Below are positions 1 to 9,431 of a DNA stretch of 64,000 bases, piece after piece. The first letter of the stretch is position 1. Each line of letters begins with the position of its first letter. The position numbers and the translations under genes are program-made. The stretch comes from Candidatus Daviesbacteria bacterium (GTDB lineage: Bacteria; Patescibacteriota; Microgenomatia; Daviesbacterales; UBA10151). The stretch spans positions 135,150 through 199,149 of the forward strand of contig JACPKL010000005.1 of assembly GCA_016187035.1 (NCBI GenBank), in the 5' to 3' direction. The notes beneath the pieces are model-generated. The model saw only the letters and a list, made by a program, of their open reading frames with translations. It was not told the origin of the DNA and ran no database searches.

Positions 1-642
1 ATCAGGGGTATCATAATCACTGCCATAGATACTAATTTCTTTTTTAATACCTAATACCACCTTAAGTATATTGGGTATTAAGTGATTTTCAGGATGATGA
101 TTATCGCCTGAAATTTCTGTTGCACCGGCAGCATTAAAATACCTGAAAATCCGGTAATTTAATCCATAGGCCTGTTGATACCAAAAAAGAATTTGTTCAA
201 ACATTAATTTAGAGGAACCATAGGAATTAACAGGATTTGTCGGATGATTTTCATCAATTGGGGTATACTTTGGATTTCCAAAAACAGCAGCTGTTGAAGA
301 AAATATAATTTTATTACATTCGTACTTTCGCATTATATCAAGTAGACAGATACCACCTGTAACATTAGTATTAAAATAAATAGAAGGGTTGGTGGCAGAT
401 TCTTCAATTGTTGTTATAGCTGCAAAATGCATGACAACATCAATTTTATTTTCACTAAAAATGCGATTGAGTAATTCTTTATCAAGAATGGTGCCTTCAT
501 AATAAGGGATTTTCGGATCGATGGTTTCCTTGTGTCCTGTATTTAGATTATCTAATACGATTATATCGTAGTTTCTTTGTATTAACCTTTGAACACAAAC
601 AGAGCCAATATATCCACACCCTCCGGTTACTAGAATTGCCAT
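1..642 (-). CDS. galE: UDP-glucose 4-epimerase (GalE family); N-terminal 214 aa, C-terminus lies beyond the window edge
   Basis: Own translation of the minus strand from ATG at 642-640 gives MAILVTGGCGYIGSVCVQRLIQRNYDIIVLDNL (Rossmann GxxGxxG). Further in come ...YQQAYGLNYRIFRYFNAAGA and ...ISIYGSDYDTPD at the edge, all typical of GalE. It is absent from the ORF track because it is open-ended. Confidence 0.85.
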   Translation of the reverse strand, partial: MAILVTGGCGYIGSVCVQRLIQRNYDIIVLDNLNTGHKETIDPKIPYYEGTILDKELLNRIFSENKIDVVMHFAAITTIEESATNPSIYFNTNVTGGICLLDIMRKYECNKIIFSSTAAVFGNPKYTPIDENHPTNPVNSYGSSKLMFEQILFWYQQAYGLNYRIFRYFNAAGATEISGDNHHPENHLIPNILKVVLGIKKEISIYGSDYDTPD

Positions 643-666
643 AATTTAAGATTAAACTAACTTATT

Positions 667-2067
667 TTAAGTGATTTTTGAATGACTAGAATCTCCTTTA
701 TTAAGAGTTGTCTTTTGCCATTCCAAGTAATCAGCTCTTTTACTTGGTGATATTCTTAATAATAGAGCATAGATTTCACCTCTGGTTTTATTCATCATTT
801 CAATAGAGAGCTTAATATGGAAAAATTTTAGTATTTTTAGCAAAAGATAAGTTGAGAACTTTAGATAAGCGTAAAAATTATTAAAAATCATCTTTTGTTC
901 AAAAGAATAAGGATCATATTTTACATAAGTAGGACTAAGTTCTTTAAAGGTTCGTGTGTGAAGTATTGCATATGGATTCAATCTTTCTATGAATCCATGC
1001 CTGTTTAAATTAGTAGAAAAGTAAAAATCTTCTCGGTCGCCATAAAAACACGATTCATCCCACCAAAGCTCATTTTTAGCTATAATGCTTTTTTTTACAA
1101 TATTATTTGGAGCACCAATAGTAACCGAAGGACTCCAATCTTTATAATCCAAATATGAATCTGCAGCGAAATAATGCAGTAAATTTTTCGCCGTTTCTTC
1201 TTCCTTAGGAATCATTAGGGGTTGATCTACCCAGTCCATAACTCTTTCTTCACCGTATAGTTGAGGACAAGTTAGATGTTCAAAATAATTACCCCATTTT
1301 TTCATACCTTTGAACCAATTTTTATCAAGAAATAACCTGTCATTTAAGAAACAGATATTTTCATGTTGAGCTTTTTTAACAATTAAATTTTTCTTTTTAC
1401 TTATCCAACCTATATCATTTCTCTCCTTAAAATATATAAATTTAATATCTTTATCGATATTACCTTTATATATTCCGCAAATAATTATTTCGTAATTTGG
1501 AATTTTTTGTGCTCTAATTAATTCAATTGATTCTTTAACCCACTTCTCTCTTTTTCCATTACTAACAATTCCAAAACTCCACTGATTTATATTTCCGTGA
1601 GTTTCTTTATGTGAGATTTTTTTACATATAAATCTAATTAATTCGCCATAATTAGATTTATTAAGAACCTCTAAGTTAGCATTTTGTAATGCTAACTTAT
1701 TAGTTATTTTTATAAAATTAAGTAAATTATTTTTATTTAAGCCCCTGGTATTTTTTTCTGGTATAAAATTATGCCAGATTATTTGGTACTGATTTTTCCA
1801 TAACCACCAAATATGTTCTTCTAATTTCCTAGGGGTTAAAAATTTATTTGGATAATAATCAATAATTAGATAGCCACCCTCTTTTATAATAGAAAACCAT
1901 TCTTTTATGAGGATTGGAGAAAATTTTGTTGAATTAATGTTTTTGTATGAGTAAACTATATCTTGAGTATATGGGTCAAGAGTCCCAGTTGGATGATAAA
2001 GTTGATTTATTTCACTATTGAAATATTTGGCACCCTTTACTTTTTTGGAACTTGAAACATCTATCAT
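667..2067 (-). CDS. Hypothetical protein; possible GT-A-fold (family-2-like) glycosyltransferase with an N-terminal extension
   Basis: 466-aa ORF with no TM segments. WSFGIVSNGKREKWVKESIELIRAQKIPNYEIIICG resembles the first strand-helix of GT2 enzymes, and GDREDFYFSTNLNRHGF resembles the ED..R..G region. The N-terminal ~80 aa carry a methyltransferase-like IKEGGYLIIDYYP but no GxGxG SAM loop. Confidence 0.4.
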   Translation of the reverse strand: MIDVSSSKKVKGAKYFNSEINQLYHPTGTLDPYTQDIVYSYKNINSTKFSPILIKEWFSIIKEGGYLIIDYYPNKFLTPRKLEEHIWWLWKNQYQIIWHNFIPEKNTRGLNKNNLLNFIKITNKLALQNANLEVLNKSNYGELIRFICKKISHKETHGNINQWSFGIVSNGKREKWVKESIELIRAQKIPNYEIIICGIYKGNIDKDIKFIYFKERNDIGWISKKKNLIVKKAQHENICFLNDRLFLDKNWFKGMKKWGNYFEHLTCPQLYGEERVMDWVDQPLMIPKEEETAKNLLHYFAADSYLDYKDWSPSVTIGAPNNIVKKSIIAKNELWWDESCFYGDREDFYFSTNLNRHGFIERLNPYAILHTRTFKELSPTYVKYDPYSFEQKMIFNNFYAYLKFSTYLLLKILKFFHIKLSIEMMNKTRGEIYALLLRISPSKRADYLEWQKTTLNKGDSSHSKIT

Positions 2068-2124
2068 AATTTAGGCGAGTTTAACATAGGCTTGCATCTT
2101 TTTCCAGAGCTTGCTTTACGAAAA

Positions 2125-2153
2125 TTGATAACCCAATGTAACCCAGATATAAT
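2125..2153 (+). promoter_or_regulatory. Sigma70-type promoter candidate for the kinase gene; predicts a leaderless mRNA
   Basis: TTGATA (2125-2130), a 17-nt spacer, then TATAAT (2148-2153), ending 6 nt before the ATG at 2160. The AT-rich background raises the chance of a random match. Confidence 0.4.
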
Positions 2154-2159
2154 CAACAA

Positions 2160-3038
2160 ATGAGAATCAAATTAAAAGGAAGTTCCGGAGTTAGTATCTT
2201 ATTCAAAAACAATAAAGGCATAAAAATTGTAAGAAAGCAAAGTGAAAAAAAGGAACAGATAGACAGATTAAAGGTTCAATACAGCAAACACATTTTTTTA
2301 TCAAAGCTTAATAATGATTTATTGCGAAGTAACAAGCCTGTCTTATTTAATATTCCCCAAATAATCAGCAGTGGTAATGAGGGAGGTAATTTTTTCTATG
2401 AATATAAATTTGTTGAAGGTGTATCTTTGAGTGAAGCTTTATCTTTAAAATCAACAAACCAATTAATAAAATTGATAGATAAATTAGTATTGATTATTAA
2501 ATATTTTAGTACAAATAGTGAGTATTTTGAACTCTCTTATGAAAATAGAAAATTTGAAGATGTTTTAACGGACAAAATAGTAAATGTTTGTAATATTCTA
2601 AATTTAGACAGCAGTATTAAAAATAAATTATTGTCTAAACTTTCATCGGTGAATATCCCAACTAATAAGACTTTATGCCATGGTGATTTGAGCTTTGAAA
2701 ATATTATTGTGGATAAGAAAGATAATATCTGGTTGATTGATTGTATAGGAACTTTTTATCCTCATTATTGGACTGATTTATCAAAGCTTTTCCAGGATAT
2801 AGAAGGTGAATGGTATAGTTTAAAGCACAAAGTTAAACCAGATAGGTTCAAAAACAAACAGCTTACTAATTATCTGAAAAAAAGAATTAATGAATTTGAT
2901 AAAGATTATATTAAGAGCCATAATTTTTTTATGGCAATGATTTTCTTAAGAATATTACCGTACTTAAAAGATCAATCTAAACAGAAAAAGATCTTGAGGA
3001 AAATCAACAGTTACTTGGATAAAAAATCTATGAATTGA
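2160..3038 (+). CDS. APH-fold small-molecule kinase (choline / sugar kinase-like phosphotransferase)
   Basis: CHGDLSFENIIVDKKDNIWLIDCIG matches the HxDxxxxN catalytic loop plus the downstream metal-binding D of the aminoglycoside/choline kinase fold. The 292-aa length is typical. Confidence 0.6.
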   Translation: MRIKLKGSSGVSILFKNNKGIKIVRKQSEKKEQIDRLKVQYSKHIFLSKLNNDLLRSNKPVLFNIPQIISSGNEGGNFFYEYKFVEGVSLSEALSLKSTNQLIKLIDKLVLIIKYFSTNSEYFELSYENRKFEDVLTDKIVNVCNILNLDSSIKNKLLSKLSSVNIPTNKTLCHGDLSFENIIVDKKDNIWLIDCIGTFYPHYWTDLSKLFQDIEGEWYSLKHKVKPDRFKNKQLTNYLKKRINEFDKDYIKSHNFFMAMIFLRILPYLKDQSKQKKILRKINSYLDKKSMN

Positions 3039-3075
3039 CAATTAACTCATCATTGATAAAATAGGGCCTAGCATA

Positions 3076-4134
3076 ATGAATAGAGTTACAGTTATTGTAC
3101 CTTGTGCCGGTAATTCCACAAGGTATCCAAATGTCAGACCAAAATTTTTATTGGTAAATCCAAGTGGAAATTTAATGCTTTTTGACTCTATATCTAAACT
3201 AGATTTGAAAAACTGTGACCTTGTGGTAACTATTTTAGGGGAGCATAATGAAAAGTATGAGATTCCACAGATGCTTAACAAATTTTTTAGCAGCTACAAA
3301 GTTAGACTATGCATACTAAATAAGCCAACAAAAAGCCAGTCAGAAACTGTCTATAAAACCATCAAAAATTTAAAAATCTCAGGTCCTATTCTAATAAAGG
3401 ATTCAGATAATATATTTAAGTTAGATAAGATTTACGAGCCTTACAATTATGTTGCAGTAGAACATCTAAAAAATGTTGGGATAACAAATGCGGTTAATAA
3501 AAGTTATACTTTATTGGATGATGAGGGGATAATTAGACGAATTGCTGAAAAACAAGTAATATCCGAGACGTTTTGCGTAGGAGGTTATTATTTTACAAAT
3601 GTTTCAGACTTTACCCACTCCTTTGAGATTCTTGGTAAAAAGGATTCTGAAAAAGAATTATATGTTTCAATGATAATTAAGTATTTAATTGAAGAGAAAA
3701 AGGTTTTATTTAAATCTAAATCAATACAGGAGTATCTGGATTTGGGGACCATTAAAGAATGGCTCCATTACAAAAGCAATCAAAAGACTTACTTTATAGA
3801 TGTTGATGGAGTGGTAGTTAAAAATGGCGGTCAGTACTGCAAACCATTCTGGGGTACAACAGAAGGGTTACCCGAAAATATTAAAGTTATTAATAGATTA
3901 TTTGATCTAGGTAACTATATCATTTTGATAACTTCCAGAAAGGAAAAATATAGGCAAATTACAGTCAAACAACTCAAGAGAGAAGGAGTAAAATATCATC
4001 AGTTAATAATGGATTTAAATCACTCTTCAAGAGTAGTTATCAATGATTTCTCCAAGTCAAATCCATTTCCTGCAGCAATTTCTGTAAACATTCCAAGGGA
4101 TTTTGACAGACTAGGTGATTATATAAACGATTAA
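3076..4134 (+). CDS. Fusion protein: sugar-phosphate nucleotidyltransferase-like N-domain plus HAD-like phosphatase C-domain
   Basis: The N-terminus VTVIVPCAGNSTRYPNVRPKFLL resembles the nucleotidyltransferase P-loop (AGxxxR...PK). The C-terminal half starts YFIDVDGVVVKNGG (HAD motif I, DxDx) and continues ILITSRKE. Confidence 0.55.
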   Translation: MNRVTVIVPCAGNSTRYPNVRPKFLLVNPSGNLMLFDSISKLDLKNCDLVVTILGEHNEKYEIPQMLNKFFSSYKVRLCILNKPTKSQSETVYKTIKNLKISGPILIKDSDNIFKLDKIYEPYNYVAVEHLKNVGITNAVNKSYTLLDDEGIIRRIAEKQVISETFCVGGYYFTNVSDFTHSFEILGKKDSEKELYVSMIIKYLIEEKKVLFKSKSIQEYLDLGTIKEWLHYKSNQKTYFIDVDGVVVKNGGQYCKPFWGTTEGLPENIKVINRLFDLGNYIILITSRKEKYRQITVKQLKREGVKYHQLIMDLNHSSRVVINDFSKSNPFPAAISVNIPRDFDRLGDYIND

Positions 4135-4165
4135 AATCCAATCACAAGATGATATACTACGACAC

Positions 4166-5941
4166 ATGTATATTTTAGGTTTATATTATGGTCATAATGC
4201 CACAGCCTGTTTAACAAAAGATGGAAGGGTTATAGCAGCTGTTAGTGAAGAAAGATTTAATGGGATAAAAAATTACAAAGGTTTTCCTAAGAATGCTATA
4301 GATTATTGTTTATCAGAAGTCGGAATTAAGTCTTCTGAATTAGATTTGGTAGTGCGTTCAAATAGGATTGGTATCCCAATTCATGTTCCACCTGATTTTA
4401 GGAAAGATTTCAGCATAAATTTTTTGTATTTACTTCATAAATTCATCAATCCATTTAGAAAGTTGTATGGTGAGCTTGCTTTTAGATATCCTAATATGGA
4501 AGTAATAGGGGAATTCTTTTATACTCTTGCTGTAAGGACAATAGGAAGATTAGCAATGGAGAGGGAAAAAGAAGCTATTGCAAAGGAATTAGATTTACCT
4601 AAAAAAAAGATACTTTTTTTGGATCATCATCTTTGCCATGCATTTATTGCCTCTGTAGTTTCACCTTTTAATCAAGAGAAAAATCTGGTAATGGTTTTAG
4701 ATGGAGAAGGGGATGACTGTTCTGCCAGTATTTACATTTTTGATAGGAGCAAATATAGATTGATTTCAAGATCATCAAGGAATAGTTCTTTAGGTGCAGT
4801 TTATGCTTATGTAACCGAGTTTTTAGGAATGAAATCAAACGAACATGAATATAAAGTTATGGGTCTTGCACCATATGCTAAGTTGGAGGATGTAGATAAA
4901 ATTTATAAGAAAATAAAGGACATTATTTTTTTTGATGAAAAGAACCCATTAATTTTTAAGTCAAAATTTAATACTAAAGATATTCTGAAATATCTAGACA
5001 GAGAATTTAAAAGAATAAGATTTGATTTGATTGCAGGAGTGGTCCAGAAGTTGACTGAAGAAAGAATTATTGAGTGGATTGAAGCAGCAATAAAAGTTAC
5101 CGGAATCAAAACAGTAATATTATGTGGTGGAGTATTTATGAATGTTAAAGTAAATCAAAAGATTTCTCAACAGAAGAGCGTTAAAAAACTATTTATCATG
5201 CCAAGTTGCGGTGACGAGTCGACTCCTTTGGGAGCGTGTCTTTATGCCTTAATAAATCAATTTAAATTTGGCACCCAAAATATCAAGCCTATTAAAGATA
5301 TATATTGGGGGCCGCAATTTTCCGATGAGGAGGTAGAGAGAGTTATCAAGGGGAGAAAAATTGGGGATAAATTTTCTGTTAAAAAGGTTAAAGATATAGA
5401 AAAAGTAACTGCTAAGTTGCTTTCAGAAGGTAAGATAGTAGCAAGGCTGAAAGGCAGAATGGAATTTGGAGCTAGGGCTTTAGGAAACCGATCTATACTT
5501 GCAAACCCTTCAGACCCGGAAGTAGTAAGAGTAATTAATGAGCAAGTAAAAAATAGGGATTTTTGGATGCCTTTTGCTCCGACTATTCTCCAAGAAAGGG
5601 CAAAGGATTATTTAATAAATCCAAAGCGTATAGATTCTCCATTTATGATGTTGGGTTATGATTCAACTTCTATTGCCAGAAAAGAATTAAAAGCTGCTAT
5701 GCACCCATATGATTTTACCTTAAGACCTCAAATTTTAAACGAGGATTATAACCCTGATTATTATAGATTAATTAAAGAATTTGAAAGATTAACAGGTATA
5801 GGAGCTGTACTAAATACCTCATTTAATCTACATGGATTTCCAATAGTATTAGGTCCTAGAGAAGCCTTAGATGCTTTTGAAAATTCCAGTTTAGAGCATA
5901 TGACATTAGAGGATTATATTATTTCAAAGAAATCAATTTAG
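4166..5941 (+). CDS. O-carbamoyltransferase, NodU/CmcH/TobZ family
   Basis: MYILGLYYGHNATACLTKDGRVIAAVSEERFNGIKNYKGFPKNAIDYCL is the characteristic N-terminus of this family. The 591-aa length fits. Confidence 0.85.
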   Translation: MYILGLYYGHNATACLTKDGRVIAAVSEERFNGIKNYKGFPKNAIDYCLSEVGIKSSELDLVVRSNRIGIPIHVPPDFRKDFSINFLYLLHKFINPFRKLYGELAFRYPNMEVIGEFFYTLAVRTIGRLAMEREKEAIAKELDLPKKKILFLDHHLCHAFIASVVSPFNQEKNLVMVLDGEGDDCSASIYIFDRSKYRLISRSSRNSSLGAVYAYVTEFLGMKSNEHEYKVMGLAPYAKLEDVDKIYKKIKDIIFFDEKNPLIFKSKFNTKDILKYLDREFKRIRFDLIAGVVQKLTEERIIEWIEAAIKVTGIKTVILCGGVFMNVKVNQKISQQKSVKKLFIMPSCGDESTPLGACLYALINQFKFGTQNIKPIKDIYWGPQFSDEEVERVIKGRKIGDKFSVKKVKDIEKVTAKLLSEGKIVARLKGRMEFGARALGNRSILANPSDPEVVRVINEQVKNRDFWMPFAPTILQERAKDYLINPKRIDSPFMMLGYDSTSIARKELKAAMHPYDFTLRPQILNEDYNPDYYRLIKEFERLTGIGAVLNTSFNLHGFPIVLGPREALDAFENSSLEHMTLEDYIISKKSI

Positions 5942-5942
5942 A

Positions 5943-7184
5943 ATGAATGCAAAAAAGTACCGTTTTTGTATTGTTACCTATGAAACTTTCCCAAATCCGA
6001 TTACCCAAAACTTAAAAACATTTCTTTTAGAAAATTATAGTTGTGATCTTATATATATACTTCACCCTCAATTGGACTTAAAAGAAGGGTATCAAATGTC
6101 TTCAGGTTTCAGTTGGTTTAAGAATAATAAATTAATTCAAAGCAAAACCGCTTATCACTGGAAAACTTCTTGGCCGCTTCTATATATTAAGGATATTCTA
6201 TATACACTTTTTTGGTGCTTAAGATTTGGAAAAATTGATGTATACTTTGCTGCGGGGAACCTGAATCCTCTAGCAGCTATTCTCTTAAGAGAGGTGGGTT
6301 TTGTTAAAGAGGTGATCTACCAATCTGTTGATTATTATCCTACTAGATTTCAGAACAGTTTTTTAAATTGGTTTTATTTTAGAATGGATAAATTGTGTGT
6401 TGAATGGTCCGATGAGACTTGGAATGTGTCTTCAATGATAGCGCAAGCAAGACAAAAGAAAATGGATATGGATCCAAAGATATTTAATAGGCAGTATACG
6501 GTTCCTGGGTGTGTGTGGTTTCATCAAGTAAAACGTTTGCCGTTTGCAAAAGTTAATAGAAAAAAAATTGTCTACAGGGGAGTGCTCTTACCTTTTATGG
6601 GAGTTGATTTAGTTATAAGAGCTATGCCGCATATTTTAAAAGAAATCCCCTCCTTAATATTTGAGATAGTTGGAACAGGAGTAGAAGAAGAGAAACTAAA
6701 AAATCTTGCAAAAAGCCTGAAAGTTTCCAAAAGTGTAATATTTCATGGGTTTGTAAAGGGTAGGGAGAATATGGAAAAAGTTTTGTCAGATGCTGCTTTA
6801 GGTATTGCTACCTTTAACACAGATATATTAGATGATAAGGTTAAAAATTCGGATCCAGGCAAAATAAAAGACTATATGCTTTTAGGTATGCCAATTATTA
6901 CTACAAAAGCATTTCCCGGCAGCAAGTATATAGTTAAAAATAGATGCGGATTGATTGTTTCTTATAGAGCTGAAGATTTGGCAAAAACTATCTTGGGATT
7001 ACTTCAAAATAAGAATTTACTGAAAGAATATAGAGAGAATGTAGTAAAATATATTGAAAAATTTGATTGTGTAACCATACTAGAAAGAAATATAGAAAGA
7101 GTATTAAACGGTAAAGTAAACACTACGAATGATAGATCAGCCACTTCGATTAAGAATTTTCAAAATAGATTCGATGATTTATAA
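5943..7184 (+). CDS. GT-B fold glycosyltransferase (family 4-like)
   Basis: The C-terminal half RGVLLPFMGVDLVIRAMPHILKEIPSLIFEIVGTGVEEEKLKNLAKSL...VIFHGFV has the layout of a Glycos_transf_1 domain. Confidence 0.65.
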   Translation: MNAKKYRFCIVTYETFPNPITQNLKTFLLENYSCDLIYILHPQLDLKEGYQMSSGFSWFKNNKLIQSKTAYHWKTSWPLLYIKDILYTLFWCLRFGKIDVYFAAGNLNPLAAILLREVGFVKEVIYQSVDYYPTRFQNSFLNWFYFRMDKLCVEWSDETWNVSSMIAQARQKKMDMDPKIFNRQYTVPGCVWFHQVKRLPFAKVNRKKIVYRGVLLPFMGVDLVIRAMPHILKEIPSLIFEIVGTGVEEEKLKNLAKSLKVSKSVIFHGFVKGRENMEKVLSDAALGIATFNTDILDDKVKNSDPGKIKDYMLLGMPIITTKAFPGSKYIVKNRCGLIVSYRAEDLAKTILGLLQNKNLLKEYRENVVKYIEKFDCVTILERNIERVLNGKVNTTNDRSATSIKNFQNRFDDL

Positions 7185-7254
7185 TAATAATTCACATTTG
7201 CAGTAAATTATGTTAAATTACAATCGTTAAAATAACAAAATAATTAAAAATCTC

Positions 7255-8220
7255 ATGAATCTTGTTGGTAAAAAAATAGCAATTCCAGGAGGTACAGGTT
7301 TTTTTGGTTCACATATTATTGATAAATTAAAGGATATTAAATGTGAAGTTTTTGTCCCAGAACGTTCGAAGGGAATTGATTTTAGAAACAGAGAGGATTG
7401 TCGTAAATTTTTTGAACAGACAAAACCGGAGATAGTAATTAATTGTGCAGCTTTTCAAGGAGGAATTGGATTCCACTTAGGTAAACAAGCGGACCTTTTT
7501 ATGGATAATATTTTAATGGGATGTTTTCTTATGGAGGCAGCACAAAAGGTGGGAGTAAAAAAATTTGTAAATATTGTAGCTGGCTGTGCGTATCCTGGTT
7601 ATTTAGAAAAAGATATTTTAGATGAAACAGATTTTTGGGACGGTGATCTTCATGATTCGATTTTCAGTTATGGTTTTTCCAGAAAAGCGACCATTGTTTA
7701 TGGTAAGGCTCTCTATAGGCAATATGGTTTTAATTCTATCCACTTAGTCTTCGCAAATATGTATGGTCCCCGCGATCATTTTAACCCTTCTCGGAGCAAA
7801 GCTTTAGACGGTCTCATAAGAAAGATTTATGAAGCTAAGAGGGATAAGCTACTTACAGTTGAAATTTGGGGGAGTGGAAAACCTTTACGTGATTGGCTGT
7901 ATGCAAAAGATGGGGCAGATGGTGTTTTAAGAGCAGTTGAAATCTATGATAGGATTGATCCCTTAAATATAGCAACAGGAAAAGGAATTTCTGTAAGGGA
8001 GTTAGCAGAAACTGTCAAAAGAGTGGTAGGTTATTCAGGTAAGTTTGTATATAATACCCAAAAGCCAGACGGTGCCCTAAAAAAAGTTTTTGGAGTTAGA
8101 AAAATGAAAACTATCTTAAAATGGGAGCCTAAGACAAATATAGAGCAAGGGATAAGAGAAACTGTTAAGTGGTATGTCAAAAATTCTGGAAAGGGAAAAC
8201 AGGAGAACTATGGACTTTAG
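7255..8220 (+). CDS. GDP-L-fucose synthase-like (Fcl/GER1 family) NDP-4-keto-6-deoxyhexose epimerase/reductase
   Basis: GGTGFFGSHI Rossmann motif. NMYGPRDHFNPSRSKALDGLIRKIYEA, IWGSGKPLRDWLYAKD and KPDGALKK align by eye with E. coli Fcl ([51 protein letters not shown]). Confidence 0.7.
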   Translation: MNLVGKKIAIPGGTGFFGSHIIDKLKDIKCEVFVPERSKGIDFRNREDCRKFFEQTKPEIVINCAAFQGGIGFHLGKQADLFMDNILMGCFLMEAAQKVGVKKFVNIVAGCAYPGYLEKDILDETDFWDGDLHDSIFSYGFSRKATIVYGKALYRQYGFNSIHLVFANMYGPRDHFNPSRSKALDGLIRKIYEAKRDKLLTVEIWGSGKPLRDWLYAKDGADGVLRAVEIYDRIDPLNIATGKGISVRELAETVKRVVGYSGKFVYNTQKPDGALKKVFGVRKMKTILKWEPKTNIEQGIRETVKWYVKNSGKGKQENYGL

Positions 8221-8238
8221 TATACTGATTTTATTGAA

Positions 8239-9381
8239 ATGAAAAAAAGAGATTACGAGATTGACGATAAAATTATACGCACCTGGTCTACGTTTGTCCC
8301 TGACGAAGCCATTACAGAAGTTGCAAATACATTACGGTCAAAGTGGATTAACACAGGTAAGAAAGAAAAGGAATTAAGGGGAAAAGCATCTCGTAAATGG
8401 GGTTTTCCTTATTGTGTCGCTGTAAATAGTTGTACCTCCGCATTGCGCGCTAGTTTAGCTATACTTAATGTTAAACCGGGAGATGAAGTGATATCTACTC
8501 CTTTTACATTTATTGCTACCAATACCGTAATCCTTGAGCAAGGAGCGAAACCTGTTTTTGCCGATATTAAATATGACGACCTTAATATAAACCCCAAAAG
8601 CATTGAAAAAAAAATTACGCGTAGGACAAAAGCTATAATCGTTGTACATTATAGTGGTAACCCCTGTGACTTAGATGAAATACGGGAAATTGGAAGAAAA
8701 CACAATCTTCCAGTTATAGAAGATGCTGCTCATTCCATGGGTAGTATGTATAAAGGAAAATATATCGGTGCAACAGGAGATATTGTATGTTTTTCTCTCC
8801 AGGTTGTAAAACTTATTACCTCTGGAGATGGTGGATTAATTGCAACGAACAACAAAGACTATTATCAAAAACTAAAAAAAATAATTTGGTATGGAATAGA
8901 TAGAGATACTAAAATAACAAATTTACTTAATCCTTTACCAGAAAATTTTCGAGGAGATGTCCTTGGATTTAAGTATAATATGAATGATATTATTGCTACT
9001 CTTGCCTCTGTGGGGATTGATCATTTTGAGGAAGTGGCAACAAGAAGGCAAATCGTCGGACAGCGATATAGAGAAGAACTCGCAGACTGTCCGAAAATAA
9101 AGCTCATGAAATATTACAATGACAGAAAACCAAATTATCAAATGTTTCCTATTCATGTCGAAAACCGCGTTCGTTTTGCAAAGTATTTGCTTAAACACAA
9201 TATTATGTTAAGAATCAATAATCGCCGTAATGATATTTATCCTATGTTTGGGGGACTCCGAAATGATTTACCTATGACTACTCGAGTAGATCAAGATGTG
9301 GTTTTGCTCCCAATGCATGCAGATCTTACAGATAAACAGATAAGCTATATAATTCAAAAGGTTAAAGATGCTGTGAAATAA
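8239..9381 (+). CDS. DegT/DnrJ/EryC1/StrS-family PLP-dependent sugar aminotransferase
   Basis: Family-typical layout, with FSLQVVKLITSGDGGLI carrying the Schiff-base lysine context (compare FS.h..K.it.GeGG) and EDAAHSMG upstream. Confidence 0.85.
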   Translation: MKKRDYEIDDKIIRTWSTFVPDEAITEVANTLRSKWINTGKKEKELRGKASRKWGFPYCVAVNSCTSALRASLAILNVKPGDEVISTPFTFIATNTVILEQGAKPVFADIKYDDLNINPKSIEKKITRRTKAIIVVHYSGNPCDLDEIREIGRKHNLPVIEDAAHSMGSMYKGKYIGATGDIVCFSLQVVKLITSGDGGLIATNNKDYYQKLKKIIWYGIDRDTKITNLLNPLPENFRGDVLGFKYNMNDIIATLASVGIDHFEEVATRRQIVGQRYREELADCPKIKLMKYYNDRKPNYQMFPIHVENRVRFAKYLLKHNIMLRINNRRNDIYPMFGGLRNDLPMTTRVDQDVVLLPMHADLTDKQISYIIQKVKDAVK

Positions 9382-9431
9382 ATTATTCTGCTTTAGCATG
9401 AAATCAAATACCATAAAGAAAAGTATAAGGA

